Notes under the pieces: model-generated
What the model was told of the DNA's origin: nothing
Database searches by the model: none
Seen by the model: only the letters and a program-made list of their open reading frames with translations
Sequence record: SRR31156797_1270
Reading direction: 5' to 3' (one strand)
Length of the DNA stretch: 43,864 nucleotides
In this document: in pieces, positions 1-10,240 of the stretch
Numbering within the stretch: position 1 is the stretch's first letter
Layout: the number at the start of each line of letters is the position of its first letter
Program-made: the position numbers and the translations under genes

Positions 1-357
1 GCGATCTGCTCAGATTGTCACGTACCACATGAATGGACTGATAAAATTGTTCGTAAGGTGCAAGCTTCAAAAGAACTGTTTGCTCACTACGTAACCAAAA
101 CTATCGACACACCAGAAAAATTCAAAGAGCGTCGAGCTCATCTCGCCGAGCGTGAATGGGCTAGGATGAAAAAGAACGACTCACTTGAGTGTCGGAACTG
201 TCATGAATTCGAATTCATGGACTTTTCAGAACAGAGCCAACGTAGTGTTCAACAACACTCGACTGCCCTAGCCTCTGGTGAAAAAACGTGTGTAGATTGC
301 CACAAAGGTATCGCACATAACCTACCAGATATGCATGGCGTTGAAGGCTGGCAATAA
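1..357 (+). CDS. napC: NapC/NirT-family tetraheme cytochrome c, 3' part (gene starts upstream of the window)
   Basis: Frame +1 is open from base 1 ([26 protein letters not shown]...). Three CxxCH heme motifs are visible (CSDCH, CRNCH, CVDCH), plus the NapC C-terminal HKGIAH-LPDM. Confidence 0.93.
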   Translation, partial: AICSDCHVPHEWTDKIVRKVQASKELFAHYVTKTIDTPEKFKERRAHLAEREWARMKKNDSLECRNCHEFEFMDFSEQSQRSVQQHSTALASGEKTCVDCHKGIAHNLPDMHGVEGWQ

Positions 358-368
358 GGAGAGCTGAA

Positions 369-503
369 ATGAGTACACTTGAGTCGGTTATCTGGCACGT
401 TCTTGGTTACGGTGCTATGCCCGTAATTATACTTGGCGGCTTTGTTGGCGTTGCGGCGGTGTCGATAGGTATTTTGTCACTAACCAAAGATAAAGAATCT
501 TAA
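369..503 (+). CDS. 44-aa single-TM membrane peptide, nap-associated (TIGR02808/DUF2374-like); missing from the ORF track
   Basis: Translated by hand: MSTLESVIWHVLGYGAMPVIILGGFVGVAAVSIGILSLTKDKES*. RBS AGGAGA overlaps the napC stop region. Hydrophobic core; matches the short Vibrio family I recall next to nap genes. Confidence 0.85.
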   Translation: MSTLESVIWHVLGYGAMPVIILGGFVGVAAVSIGILSLTKDKES

Positions 504-539
504 AAGATAAAGTTGACATAGCTTTACCAAAATTTACCC

Positions 540-570
540 AAAATCCGGCTGTTAGGCCGGATTTTTTATT
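540..570 (+). terminator. Rho-independent terminator of the nap operon
   Basis: AAAATCCGGC-tgttag-GCCGGATTTT followed by TTATTTT. Confidence 0.85.
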
Positions 571-676
571 TTAGCAACAACTAAACTAATAGCCATAAAT
601 TGAGAGCAATCTCCAATCTCGTTAACTAAATTTATATTAGATTAACCTTATATAAAGATTTCAGGGACAGAGTATT

Positions 677-1972
677 ATGGCTAAATACAGTTGGTTACAA
701 CGATTACTTATCGCACCTCCAATCATTCTTGGTGTCGCTGTACTCATTGTTGCTCCCAGCATGAAAGCTGAACCACCTAAAGTGGAGCAAACGGGTGGTT
801 CCAAAGTCGTGCGGGTAATGAAAGTCAAACCGACATCACTTCAGCCCACTGCTGTCGGATACGGATACACTCAGCCTGCGCAAGAATGGAACGCACAGGC
901 GGAAGTAGAAGGTCGGGTAATATGGGTATCTGACAATTTCAAAAACGGTGCTTTCGTTAACAAAGGGGAACCTTTAGTCAGACTTGATGATTCCGCTTAC
1001 CTACTCGCCATTACCAAACTCAATGCGGAACTGGATGTCGCTAAGCTAAAAGATGAAACCATTGGTGTCAGTTATTCGATTGCCGAGCAAGATTACAAAC
1101 TGCAAAAAGAAGAATACGCACGAACCGAACGTTTAGCCAAAACCGGTCATTTATCTCAAACTGAAAAAGACAAAGCCAAACGGGATTTATTAAGTAAACA
1201 ACAAAGCCTACAAAATCTGAAAAATGAACAGGCAATCAACGTCGCCGAGCAACAGGTTCTAAATGCCGAACTGGAAATCGCTAAGCGAGATCTTAGCCAT
1301 ACCGAAATTCGTGCGCCTTACGATATTCGAATTACCGCAACCGACATCGATGTTGAAGAGTATGTAAACAAAGGCCAAACCATACTTCAATCTGACGGTA
1401 TGGGCTCTGTTGAAGTTTTAGCTCAGTTCTCTATTGGTAAAATGAGACCACTAAGACGTAATTCTCAGGCTCAAAGTTTTGATAATTCTCTACACAGCGA
1501 TTTAGAAGCAACAGTGACCTTAAATACAGGAAGCAAGCTTGTTCAGTGGCAAGGTGTGGTTGACCGAACCGGCGGTACGATTGACGCGCAAACTCAAAGC
1601 CAAACGATTATTGTCCGCGTGCCAGAGCCGTACCAACAGGCTCAGCCCGGTCAGAAACCGCCTCTCATTCGCGATACTTTCGTCAAAGTTGCACTCAAGT
1701 CTCCAGAACTCAAAAATCAGTTTATTGTACCAATTAACGCTCTACATAATGGCAATGTGTATCTTGTAAAAGAAGGACAATTAATCATTCAGCCAGTGGA
1801 AGTAGACTTTACTCAAAACCAAATCGCCGTGATTAAATCTGGGTTAAACAAAGACGATATAGTGGTCGTTAGTCAACTTCAGCCTGCCGTCGAAGGGATG
1901 AAACTAAAACCCCAGCCAGACAAAAATATGATGGAATGGCTAAGCCAACAAGCGAAGGGAGATGAATCATGA
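677..1972 (+). CDS. RND efflux periplasmic adaptor (membrane fusion protein)
   Basis: N-terminal TM anchor, lipoyl-half motifs (EVEGRV...VNKGEPLVRLD; IRAPYD), long coiled-coil hairpin; ATGA overlap with the RND permease. Confidence 0.9.
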   Translation: MAKYSWLQRLLIAPPIILGVAVLIVAPSMKAEPPKVEQTGGSKVVRVMKVKPTSLQPTAVGYGYTQPAQEWNAQAEVEGRVIWVSDNFKNGAFVNKGEPLVRLDDSAYLLAITKLNAELDVAKLKDETIGVSYSIAEQDYKLQKEEYARTERLAKTGHLSQTEKDKAKRDLLSKQQSLQNLKNEQAINVAEQQVLNAELEIAKRDLSHTEIRAPYDIRITATDIDVEEYVNKGQTILQSDGMGSVEVLAQFSIGKMRPLRRNSQAQSFDNSLHSDLEATVTLNTGSKLVQWQGVVDRTGGTIDAQTQSQTIIVRVPEPYQQAQPGQKPPLIRDTFVKVALKSPELKNQFIVPINALHNGNVYLVKEGQLIIQPVEVDFTQNQIAVIKSGLNKDDIVVVSQLQPAVEGMKLKPQPDKNMMEWLSQQAKGDES

Positions 1973-4900
1973 TCGCCTACTTCGCCCAACATAAAACGGC
2001 TGCTAATGTCCTAATGATAGCGATTTTGCTATTAGGCATTTATGCACTGCCTAAAATGCAAAAAGACACCTTCCCAATAACACCAACGACTAACATCGAA
2101 GTTAAAGCCAGCTATCCGGGAGCTTCACCACAGGAAGTGGCCGATGAAGTGTGTGTGCCACTACAAGATGCAATTGATAAACTTAACGGCATCAAGGAAT
2201 TTACCTGTGATGCTCGTGAGAATGTGGCTATTAGTAATGTCGAAATCGATCGCAATGAAAACATCGATATTTTAACCAGTGAAGTCCAACAACAGGTTAA
2301 CACCATCAGCGATTTTCCCGACCGTGTTGAGCGCCCTACCGTAACCAAATTAGACAGAGTGGCGTCAGTGGTAAGCGTCGCAATCACTGGCCCAATGTCC
2401 GATCAGGACCTGTATCTTTATGCCAATAAAGTAAAACAGAGCCTAAAATCTCATCCAGATATTGCGCAGGTAACGTTAAGTGGCTTTTCCGCTCAGGAGA
2501 TTGAGGTATCCATTCCTACTGAAACCCTTAAGCAATACGGGTTGAGTATTTCTGACTTAGCGACCCGTATTCAGCAAGAAAACGTAACCATACCCGCTGG
2601 GACAATGAAAAATGACTTGTCTGAATCCAGTGTTCGTTTCGATCAAACCGCGAATCAAGCCATTGAGCTTGGTCATCTTATCGTTAACAGTAGCAGCCAG
2701 CTTCGTTTAGCTGATATCGCCACCATTAACCAAAAGTTTGCGCTGGACGAAGACAAAACTTTATTCAATGGTCAGAGAGCGGCATTGCTGCAAGTGTCAA
2801 AAAACCAAAATCAAGACACACTGAAAGTCAGGGATGTCGTCAGTCGTATTATCGAAAAAGAACGAGCTTCAGCGCCTCAAGGCGTAGAGTTAACGCTAAC
2901 CCAAGATGTCAGTGTTAACATCAGCGAACGCTTACGCATCTTAGGCAGCAATGGGGTTCAAGGCTTAGCTCTCGCCTTCCTCGCGTTATGGGCATTCTTC
3001 AATATTCGCTTTAGCTTCTGGGTGACTATTGGGCTTCCCGTATCCTTCCTTGGTTCATTGTTCATCATGCAGCTGTTAGGTTACACCATCAATATGATGA
3101 CGATGGTAGGACTGATCGTCGCCATTGGTATTTTGATGGATGACTCATTAATCATTGCCGAAAATATCGCAGCCAAACGAGAAGCGGGATTACCACCTGT
3201 CACAGCCGCTATCGAAGGTGCCAAACAAGTACTCCCCGGCGTCATTGCCTCCTTCGCCACCACCATTATGGTTGTCGGTCCTTTAATGTTCTTAACCGGC
3301 AAGTTGGGCGACATACTACGCTACATCCCGATCATATTAATGATGACACTGGTTGTGAGCTTGATTGAAGCGATGTTCATTCTGCCCTCACACCTTGCGC
3401 ATAACCCGGATGTATCACGGGACAATGCAATACGTAAACGTATCACTTCTGCTTTTGAAGCTGTGCGTGACAAAGTGTTTGTTCCAGTAACCACTTTAGC
3501 CATGCGTACGCCTTATTTAAGTATTGGCGTGCTCATACTCATTGTTGCGATTTCAAGCGCCACCTTCCCTGCTGGCATTTTGAAATTCAAAGCAATGCCA
3601 ACGCTAGAAAGTGACACGCTTCAAGCCAGAATTTTACTCAATCAGGGTAGCCTGCTTTCTCAAACCGAGACGGTTGCCAATAAAGTCGAAGCCGCACTGA
3701 AAGAGATCGATAAGGAGTATCAAGATAAATACGGTCAGATGTTAGTGAACAGCATTAGCGTTATGTACAACTCAAACGTAGATGCATTTGATTCAGGGCC
3801 ACACATGGCGACCGTCAGTGCAGATCTACTGCCTGCGCAATTCCGTCAGGAAAGCATTAAATCTTTAATCCAGAAATGGAAAACGAAAGTAGGTCCAACG
3901 GCAGATGTGATTTCATTGAAATTTACCGATAAAGAACGGGGTGTCGCAGGTATTGGTATTGATATTCGTGTTCAGGGGAATGACCCGCAAGAACTCAACA
4001 GTGTAAGTATGGCGCTAATCAAGTGGCTTAAGCAGTTTGATGGCGTATTCAATCTGTCGTCAGATTTACGTTATGGTCGAGACGACATCGAAGTGACTCT
4101 TAAAGATGAGGCTGGTGTATTAGGAGTTACCGGTGCTCAGGTTGCTCAAACCCTAAGAAATGCGGTCAAAGGGAATAACGATCTGACGGTATTTCAGGAT
4201 GGAGAGATCGTTGATATCCGGGTTCGTCAGAGCAACTTTACCAGTAAAGCAACCACAGAAGATCTTAAAGACCTGTTAATTACAGCAAACAACGGGAAGC
4301 TGATCCCATTACGAGCTGTAGCCAATTTAAAAGAGAGTAAAGCCTTCTCAAGACTTAACTTAGTCAATGGCATACCCACCGCAACTGTACAGGGAAACGT
4401 CAATACTCAGGTTGCTAATGCCCGTGAAATTATGCTTCAGTTCTATGACGAGTTTGTACCTAAAATGGCTCAGAAATACCCGGATGTTCATTTCTCTTCG
4501 CAAGGTCAGGATAAAGAGAGTGCCGATACAGGATCATCGCTTTTGAGCTACTTTGCTCTGGGTATTATTGGTGTTTATCTGGTACTGGCATTTTTGTTCA
4601 AGAGCTTTGTTCAGCCAATGGCAGTTCTACTTGCCATTCCGATGGCGTGGATAGGTGTCGTTTGGGGACATTTAGGACTAGGGATAGATCTCACCATTCC
4701 AAGTCTGGTTGGCTTTGCCACTTTGGCAGGTATCGTGGTTAATGACAATATTCTGCTGGTTACTTTTATCAAAGATAAAGTCGCTGAAGGGCAAGAGTTG
4801 CGCGAAGCCTGCAAATGGGCTGTACACGACCGTTTTCGAGCCATTGTGATTACCTCACTCACGACCTTCGCAGGCTTACTTCCTCTGTTGACAGAAACCA

Positions 4901-5061
4901 GTACACAAGCGCAGTTCCTTATCCCCTTAATCGCAAGTATCGCATTTGGTCTGGTCAGTGCAACACTGCTGGCAGCTATCGTGGTAACTTGCGTGTTATT
5001 GATTCTTAACGATATCAACCCAAAGTTATGCGGTGTGATACCTGAACCTCAGTTGAGCTGA
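1969..5061 (+). CDS. RND transporter permease (AcrB/AcrD/AcrF family)
   Basis: 1030 aa with duplicated TM plus periplasmic architecture; YPGASP, TM4 GILMDDSLIIAENI, TM10 GIVVNDNILLV, RFRAIVITSLTT motifs. Confidence 0.93.
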   Translation: MIAYFAQHKTAANVLMIAILLLGIYALPKMQKDTFPITPTTNIEVKASYPGASPQEVADEVCVPLQDAIDKLNGIKEFTCDARENVAISNVEIDRNENIDILTSEVQQQVNTISDFPDRVERPTVTKLDRVASVVSVAITGPMSDQDLYLYANKVKQSLKSHPDIAQVTLSGFSAQEIEVSIPTETLKQYGLSISDLATRIQQENVTIPAGTMKNDLSESSVRFDQTANQAIELGHLIVNSSSQLRLADIATINQKFALDEDKTLFNGQRAALLQVSKNQNQDTLKVRDVVSRIIEKERASAPQGVELTLTQDVSVNISERLRILGSNGVQGLALAFLALWAFFNIRFSFWVTIGLPVSFLGSLFIMQLLGYTINMMTMVGLIVAIGILMDDSLIIAENIAAKREAGLPPVTAAIEGAKQVLPGVIASFATTIMVVGPLMFLTGKLGDILRYIPIILMMTLVVSLIEAMFILPSHLAHNPDVSRDNAIRKRITSAFEAVRDKVFVPVTTLAMRTPYLSIGVLILIVAISSATFPAGILKFKAMPTLESDTLQARILLNQGSLLSQTETVANKVEAALKEIDKEYQDKYGQMLVNSISVMYNSNVDAFDSGPHMATVSADLLPAQFRQESIKSLIQKWKTKVGPTADVISLKFTDKERGVAGIGIDIRVQGNDPQELNSVSMALIKWLKQFDGVFNLSSDLRYGRDDIEVTLKDEAGVLGVTGAQVAQTLRNAVKGNNDLTVFQDGEIVDIRVRQSNFTSKATTEDLKDLLITANNGKLIPLRAVANLKESKAFSRLNLVNGIPTATVQGNVNTQVANAREIMLQFYDEFVPKMAQKYPDVHFSSQGQDKESADTGSSLLSYFALGIIGVYLVLAFLFKSFVQPMAVLLAIPMAWIGVVWGHLGLGIDLTIPSLVGFATLAGIVVNDNILLVTFIKDKVAEGQELREACKWAVHDRFRAIVITSLTTFAGLLPLLTETSTQAQFLIPLIASIAFGLVSATLLAAIVVTCVLLILNDINPKLCGVIPEPQLS

Positions 5062-5072
5062 GGTTCGAATCG

Positions 5073-6020
5073 CTAAAGCAAAGTCAACGACAACAGCATT
5101 AGAGGTGTCAATATCATCGATACGATGTAACTGGTTATCCAACCGGTGTTTGCCACCTCTTTGTCCAATCCATAAAGTACCGCAGGTAACGTACCCATAA
5201 ATGCAGTGGGCATAACTGCAAGTACCAGACAAACCTTGGCCACCAGTTGACCTTCGATATGCCACAAGTTAAACAAAGTAAGCAGTGCTGAAACTACGAT
5301 TACCGCAACAACTGAACGCACTAACGCTGTTGTGATTGAGAGTTTCTGCCACTTCTTACCACCTTTTAGATTAAAGGTTAACCCTACCGATAGAATCAGC
5401 AAAAACGTACCGACCGGGATCGTCCACTTACTTACCGAGTATAAAAACTCTGGTCTCTCTATCCCGGTGATATTCAGTAACAAGCCACAACTTACCGCAG
5501 TCAAGGCGATAATGAAGATTGGGTCTTTCCACACTTGCTTGTTTTGTGTCTCTTTTAACGAAGGGTCTTGCGACTTAGATTTGGCGTAAGGGAAAACTAA
5601 GGCGAAATAGAGCAGTTCTTCACACAGTTTGAACAGTGCCATCATGGCAACCCCGTTTTCACCATAGGAAATAAATAGTACCAGGTTTCCCAAAGCGCCG
5701 ATGTTATAAAGCCCTGTAATCGGAACCAAAGCCCCTGTTTGCTCTGACGTTAAAGCGAATTTTTTGGCAATGGCTACCCCTACCCCAGTACCTGCAACAA
5801 TGACACATGCACCAATAACAGGTAGAAGCAGTAATTCGGAACGGATATTGTCGAGTTGCCACAGTGAAACAAAAACACTAAATGGGATCAGTACCATCAA
5901 CGACATTCGTGTCACTGCAACACTAACAGAAGACGAGCTATGTCTTAAATAGCGTTGCAACAACAAACCGGAAACAAAACCAGCGGCGATAATACTGAAC
6001 GTAAAAACGAATGGGTTCAC
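5073..6020 (-). CDS. AEC (auxin efflux carrier)/permease-family membrane transporter
   Basis: 315 aa, about 10 hydrophobic segments, N-x-G-x-x-G (YNIGALG) and MPTA helix-crossover motifs; GTG start. Confidence 0.7.
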   Translation of the reverse strand: MNPFVFTFSIIAAGFVSGLLLQRYLRHSSSSVSVAVTRMSLMVLIPFSVFVSLWQLDNIRSELLLLPVIGACVIVAGTGVGVAIAKKFALTSEQTGALVPITGLYNIGALGNLVLFISYGENGVAMMALFKLCEELLYFALVFPYAKSKSQDPSLKETQNKQVWKDPIFIIALTAVSCGLLLNITGIERPEFLYSVSKWTIPVGTFLLILSVGLTFNLKGGKKWQKLSITTALVRSVVAVIVVSALLTLFNLWHIEGQLVAKVCLVLAVMPTAFMGTLPAVLYGLDKEVANTGWITSYIVSMILTPLMLLSLTLL

Positions 6021-6153
6021 TGAACGGGCCTTAAATACAATACACAGGACGGATTATTTATCTCAGCTTACATCACTGATTACCATAGCGACAATTGCTT
6101 ATTTTATATTTAAGCAAATTATTTTATATATAACTGCGCTTTGGACTCTTAGA

Positions 6154-6960
6154 TTAACGATATTGTGAAGGCGTCTTTTTAGTGAATCGTTTGAACTTAG
6201 TGCTGAAGTAGTTACTGTCTTTGTAGCCCACTTCAAAAGCGATGTCGGTCACTGATTTATCGGTACTTTGCAATAAATCCATTGCGTTATTAATGCGCAC
6301 TCGGTGGACATAGTTATTGAACGACAAGTTGGTGACTTGCTTGATCTTTCGGCTTAACGAACGCGAAGAGATTTTAAACTTGTCGGAAATTTCATTAATA
6401 CAGACATCTTCACTGTAGTTACTCTGCAGCCAGTCAATCACCTTTAGAATAATGTTGTCGTTGACATCATTAGATTGCGACGTCAAACGGCCACGAGATA
6501 TTTCAACCACCAAATGCTGGAACAGTACTTCCATCATCAAGCGGGACTCAACCGTATTACCACGAGACTCTTTATCGAGCTGCTGCAAAATTTGCTCTAC
6601 TTTCGACATCGTCTGGTTGGTAATAAACCAGCTTCTTGAATCGTTATCTTCATTAGGCAGAAAGTTCTTGAGAATTGGGCTGTAAGATAGACGATTCTTC
6701 TTAAACAGAATGTTGGTGAGATGAAGGTTCTCTACCTGTTCATAAAGATGACGATCACTTGGCGTGATATAACAAATATAGTTCTGTGCAAGGTTAGTCG
6801 GGCTATCATTCAAAATGTGCTGACCAGCACCTTTAGTGACAATGATCAACTCGTGAAAATCGTGAGAGTGTTCTGGATAATCGGGCTGTGGAGCGCGAGT
6901 TTCAGTACATACTGCCGAATCTGTATGTTTAAAAAATTCCTCACCACTAAGTTGAAACAT
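6154..6960 (-). CDS. rhaS: AraC-family activator, RhaS/RhaR-like (L-rhamnose-responsive type)
   Basis: PQPDYPEHSHDFHELIIV and DRHLYEQVENLHLTNIL closely recall E. coli RhaS; C-terminal double HTH (SVTDIAFEVGYKDSNYFS). Start moved to ATG 6960, which has a GGAG RBS upstream. Confidence 0.78.
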   Translation of the reverse strand: MFQLSGEEFFKHTDSAVCTETRAPQPDYPEHSHDFHELIIVTKGAGQHILNDSPTNLAQNYICYITPSDRHLYEQVENLHLTNILFKKNRLSYSPILKNFLPNEDNDSRSWFITNQTMSKVEQILQQLDKESRGNTVESRLMMEVLFQHLVVEISRGRLTSQSNDVNDNIILKVIDWLQSNYSEDVCINEISDKFKISSRSLSRKIKQVTNLSFNNYVHRVRINNAMDLLQSTDKSVTDIAFEVGYKDSNYFSTKFKRFTKKTPSQYR

Positions 6961-7066
6961 CGTTTTATCTCCAATGAACACCTAGTTCATATTGAATGCT
7001 GAGCGAATACGGTGCAACAAAACGACTAGAAATGTGTGATTTTGGTGCATTGAAACTTAAAAATAG

Positions 7067-7082
7067 TGTGGGTTAAATCACA
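7067..7082. promoter_or_regulatory. Candidate CRP site upstream of the rhaS-like gene
   Basis: TGTGG-GTTAAA-TCACA, 9/10 match to TGTGA-N6-TCACA. Confidence 0.55.
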
Positions 7083-7086
7083 CAGT

Positions 7087-7113
7087 AAAAGAGCCCCATC
7101 GAAACGATGGGGC
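7087..7113 (-). terminator. Rho-independent terminator after the GH105 gene
   Basis: GCCCCATCG-aaa-CGATGGGGC stem; followed on the minus strand by TCTTTT. Confidence 0.8.
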
Positions 7114-7152
7114 AAAGTTGACTACAACTTAAACGAGGGGAAAATAATTCAA

Positions 7153-8295
7153 TTATAGATAGGTACGGAGGTACTCAGATAACAGTAAGATAGCCATAGA
7201 TTGACCATAAGGCATTGATGTCAATGGAATATTACGGTAGTAATCCAAATCTTCACCCATTGCAGTACCAAACGATACGTTAATAAGCTCACCTTGTTCG
7301 TTAATGTAATCCGCAATCAATGCATCAACCGCTTTGTGTGCCATATCCGCGTATTTTGGATCGATATAACGCTTACGTACCGCTTTCAAAATACCGTAAG
7401 CAAAACCAGCTGTTGCTGATGCTTCAACATAAGATGATTCATCATCCAAAATGGTGCACCACAGACCATTTTCTTGCTGATATTTTTCAAGAACTTCAAT
7501 CTGACGCTCAAAGATATGAATCAAGTGACGACGGAATGCATCGTGTTCTGGCAGATCCAGGAGCTCAAGGAAATCAGGGATTACAATCGTTACCCAGCTG
7601 TTACCACGTGCCCAACGAGCGTTAGCGAAGTTGTGGTTACCATCGAATGTCCAACCGTGGAACCATGCACCTGTTTCACGATCGGTCAGGTATTGAATGT
7701 GAGTCAGGAACTGGTATTTCGCTTCTTCAATGTACTCTGGACGGTTTAGTAGCAGACCAATCTTAGTCAGAGGCATCACACTCATCATTAGTGTGTCATC
7801 CCACATTTGTTCATGGTTTTCGCTGTTATAAACGATGTGCTGAATACCACCACTCTTAGTCTTAGGCATGTGGTACATCACGTACTCAGCCCAAGTTTCT
7901 AAATACGGTACTAGCGATTGATCTTTCGTCTCTTCATAGCGGTAAGCCAGAGTCAAAAACGGACAGACTGTATTTACGTTCTTAGTTGCCTGTTCTTCAG
8001 AGAAACGATCTTCAAACCACTCATCAATGATGTTTACAACACTTTGGTCGTTAGTTTGTTGGTAGTACTTGTACATACCGTACAGACCAATACCGTGAGT
8101 CCATTCCCAGCCAGCCCAGCCTTTGGTATCAATAGTACGGCCATCGTCAAGGTGAAGCAGGAATTCACCGGTTTCATCGTGAATGTTGATTAAGTTATTA
8201 ATTAGGCTTTCAATTTTATCGACCACAACGCTGCGTGGATGAGTGCGTTCTACGCGACGAAGCAAAGCGCTATGTTTTACAGGAAAGATTTTCAT
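7153..8295 (-). CDS. rhiN: GH105 unsaturated rhamnogalacturonyl/uronyl hydrolase (RhiN/YteR-like), no signal peptide
   Basis: GWAGWEWTHGIGLYG, QMWDDTLMM, WARGNSW, SYVEASATAGFAYG and MPYGQ motifs are typical of enterobacterial GH105/RhiN. Confidence 0.88.
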   Translation of the reverse strand: MKIFPVKHSALLRRVERTHPRSVVVDKIESLINNLINIHDETGEFLLHLDDGRTIDTKGWAGWEWTHGIGLYGMYKYYQQTNDQSVVNIIDEWFEDRFSEEQATKNVNTVCPFLTLAYRYEETKDQSLVPYLETWAEYVMYHMPKTKSGGIQHIVYNSENHEQMWDDTLMMSVMPLTKIGLLLNRPEYIEEAKYQFLTHIQYLTDRETGAWFHGWTFDGNHNFANARWARGNSWVTIVIPDFLELLDLPEHDAFRRHLIHIFERQIEVLEKYQQENGLWCTILDDESSYVEASATAGFAYGILKAVRKRYIDPKYADMAHKAVDALIADYINEQGELINVSFGTAMGEDLDYYRNIPLTSMPYGQSMAILLLSEYLRTYL

Positions 8296-8358
8296 AATAA
8301 TAAGAGTCCTTAAATTCGATTATACCTACGCAATGAATTGATAACTGAAGCGTGAGTA

Positions 8359-9666
8359 CTACATAACACCAAGTAGTCTTGGTAAAAATAGGGTTAGTTC
8401 TGGGATATAAGTAATTAACATCAATACACAAATGATAGCGATATAGAAAGGAATCAGCGGTTTAATCACATCTTCCACTTTCACCTGTCCGACACTCGCA
8501 CCGACATATAAACCACTACCAACAGGCGGTGTAATTGTACCAATCGCTAGGTTGAACACGATTAAGATGCCAAAGTGTACCGGGTCTACACCGATCTTCT
8601 GTACGATAGGTAACAGAATCGGAGTAAAAATCAGGATTGCAGGGCCGATATCCATGAATGCGCCAACAATCAAAATAAACAGGGTAATAACCAGCAGGAT
8701 AATCGCAGGGTTATCAGAGATACCCAAAATTAGGTTACTTAACGCGCCAGGAATACCCGTCATCGACATAGCGAATGACATTGCGGATGAAGTCGCCAGT
8801 AAGAACATGATTACACCTGTCATAACGAAGGTTTGAATAATGATCTTAGGCATATCACGGACTGATAGCGTTTTGTAAAGAACAAGCGTTAAGAATGCGG
8901 TGTAAACAACGGCAATCGCAGAAGCTTCAATCGCAGTGAAGATACCTTTTACGATACCACCAACAATGATCACGACGAGCAATAGGCTTGGCAGAGCTTC
9001 TCGGGTCACTTTCCACGCAACACCTTTCTGAAGCGTAAAAAAGTTAGTGTAGTTATTACGTTTGGCAACAACGTAAGTGATTGCCATACAGCCAATACCC
9101 CACAAGCTGCCTGCGACCAAACCACCAGCAAACAATGCAGCGATTGAAGTACCACCACTGGCTAATGCGTACAGAATGAATGCCGTGGTTGGTGGAATCA
9201 ACATCCCAGTCGGCGCTGAAGCGATGTTTACCGCCGATGCGAAATTACGGTTGTAACCCTCTTTCGCACTCATCGGGATCATTACACCACCGATAGAAGT
9301 CGATGCCGCAATCGCTGAGCCCGATACCGCACCAAACATCATGTTACCCGCGATGTTGGTGTATGACAGAGAGCCAGGAATTCGACCGGTAAACAACTTG
9401 GCAAAGTTAACCAGCCGGGTTGCTATACCACCGTTGTTCATTATTACCCCGGAAAGGACAAAGAACGGTACGGCGAGCAGTGCGAAGCTGTCTAAACTTG
9501 AGAACATTTTCTGTGCGGTAGTAAACATCGCGATATCAAATGGCAATACCAACATAACGGTTGCGCCCGATGCAATGACAATACACAAACCAATTGGGGT
9601 ACCTAACACCAGTAAAAGTACGAACACCCCGATCATTATACTGGCAGCAGTAATTGGATCAGTCAT
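8359..9666 (-). CDS. dctM: TRAP transporter large permease
   Basis: 435 aa hydrophobic; LLAVPFFVLSG, GAVSGSAIA, DPVHFG, ITPPVG motifs. Confidence 0.93.
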   Translation of the reverse strand: MTDPITAASIMIGVFVLLLVLGTPIGLCIVIASGATVMLVLPFDIAMFTTAQKMFSSLDSFALLAVPFFVLSGVIMNNGGIATRLVNFAKLFTGRIPGSLSYTNIAGNMMFGAVSGSAIAASTSIGGVMIPMSAKEGYNRNFASAVNIASAPTGMLIPPTTAFILYALASGGTSIAALFAGGLVAGSLWGIGCMAITYVVAKRNNYTNFFTLQKGVAWKVTREALPSLLLVVIIVGGIVKGIFTAIEASAIAVVYTAFLTLVLYKTLSVRDMPKIIIQTFVMTGVIMFLLATSSAMSFAMSMTGIPGALSNLILGISDNPAIILLVITLFILIVGAFMDIGPAILIFTPILLPIVQKIGVDPVHFGILIVFNLAIGTITPPVGSGLYVGASVGQVKVEDVIKPLIPFYIAIICVLMLITYIPELTLFLPRLLGVM

Positions 9667-10183
9667 ACTGTTTATCTCCTACTCGTTCAGCTTTATCGCC
9701 GTCAATCAGGTCGATACGCTGCGGATTGAAAAGGTCGATAATGTTCATCACGCTATAAACGATAATCAGAACACCCGACAGTGGCAGTGCGTAATACACC
9801 TTGCCCATTGAGAGTTGCAGCACAGGAGAAACCTGCATCATGGCGTTACTTGAAACCTTCCAGCCGCCGATAATCATGATGTAGGCAGCAAAAAGGATAA
9901 ATACGACCTGGATTAACATATTCCAGTATTTCACTAAGTTTCTTGGAAACTTATCTAAGAACAGCGTCAGACTAATATGCTCGGTTTTACCCGCTACATA
10001 AGCTAAGCCAATAGTTGATAGCCAAACGAGAGAAAATCGAAGGAGTTCTTCCGAGAAGGTACTCGGGTCATTAAAAACGTAACGACTAATTACCTGCCAG
10101 CAAGCCACCAAAACCATCATGGTCATAATGATGCAGGCAAACACTTCAATGGCTTTATCAAGCCATTTTCTTATAATTTTCAT
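9659..10183 (-). CDS. dctQ: TRAP transporter small permease
   Basis: 4 TM; QVISRYVFNDPSTFSEEL and HI motifs. Start ATG 10183 with GAGG RBS. Confidence 0.9.
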   Translation of the reverse strand: MKIIRKWLDKAIEVFACIIMTMMVLVACWQVISRYVFNDPSTFSEELLRFSLVWLSTIGLAYVAGKTEHISLTLFLDKFPRNLVKYWNMLIQVVFILFAAYIMIIGGWKVSSNAMMQVSPVLQLSMGKVYYALPLSGVLIIVYSVMNIIDLFNPQRIDLIDGDKAERVGDKQYD

Positions 10184-10203
10184 AGGAACCTCACGATTCA
10201 ATT

Positions 10204-10231
10204 AGGATAGAAGCCCTAAGGCCCCTATCCT
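10204..10231 (-). other. Intercistronic stem-loop between dctP and dctQ
   Basis: Minus strand AGGATAGGGGCC-TTAG-GGCTTCTATCCT: 12-bp stem with two G-U pairs and no U tract. Confidence 0.6.
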
Positions 10232-10240
10232 TTATTACTA

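Noticed and set aside
58-357. 99-aa ORF as a complete gene
   Set aside because: The frame is open to base 1 and includes another CxxCH; it is the truncated 3' part of napC.
598-620. AATTGAGAGCAATCTCCAAT as a Fur/FNR/CRP site upstream of the RND pump
   Set aside because: Only partial matches to each consensus; cannot be assigned.
7035-7050. Second CRP site TGTGA-TTTTGG-TGCAT
   Set aside because: The second half-site matches only 1 of 5 positions.
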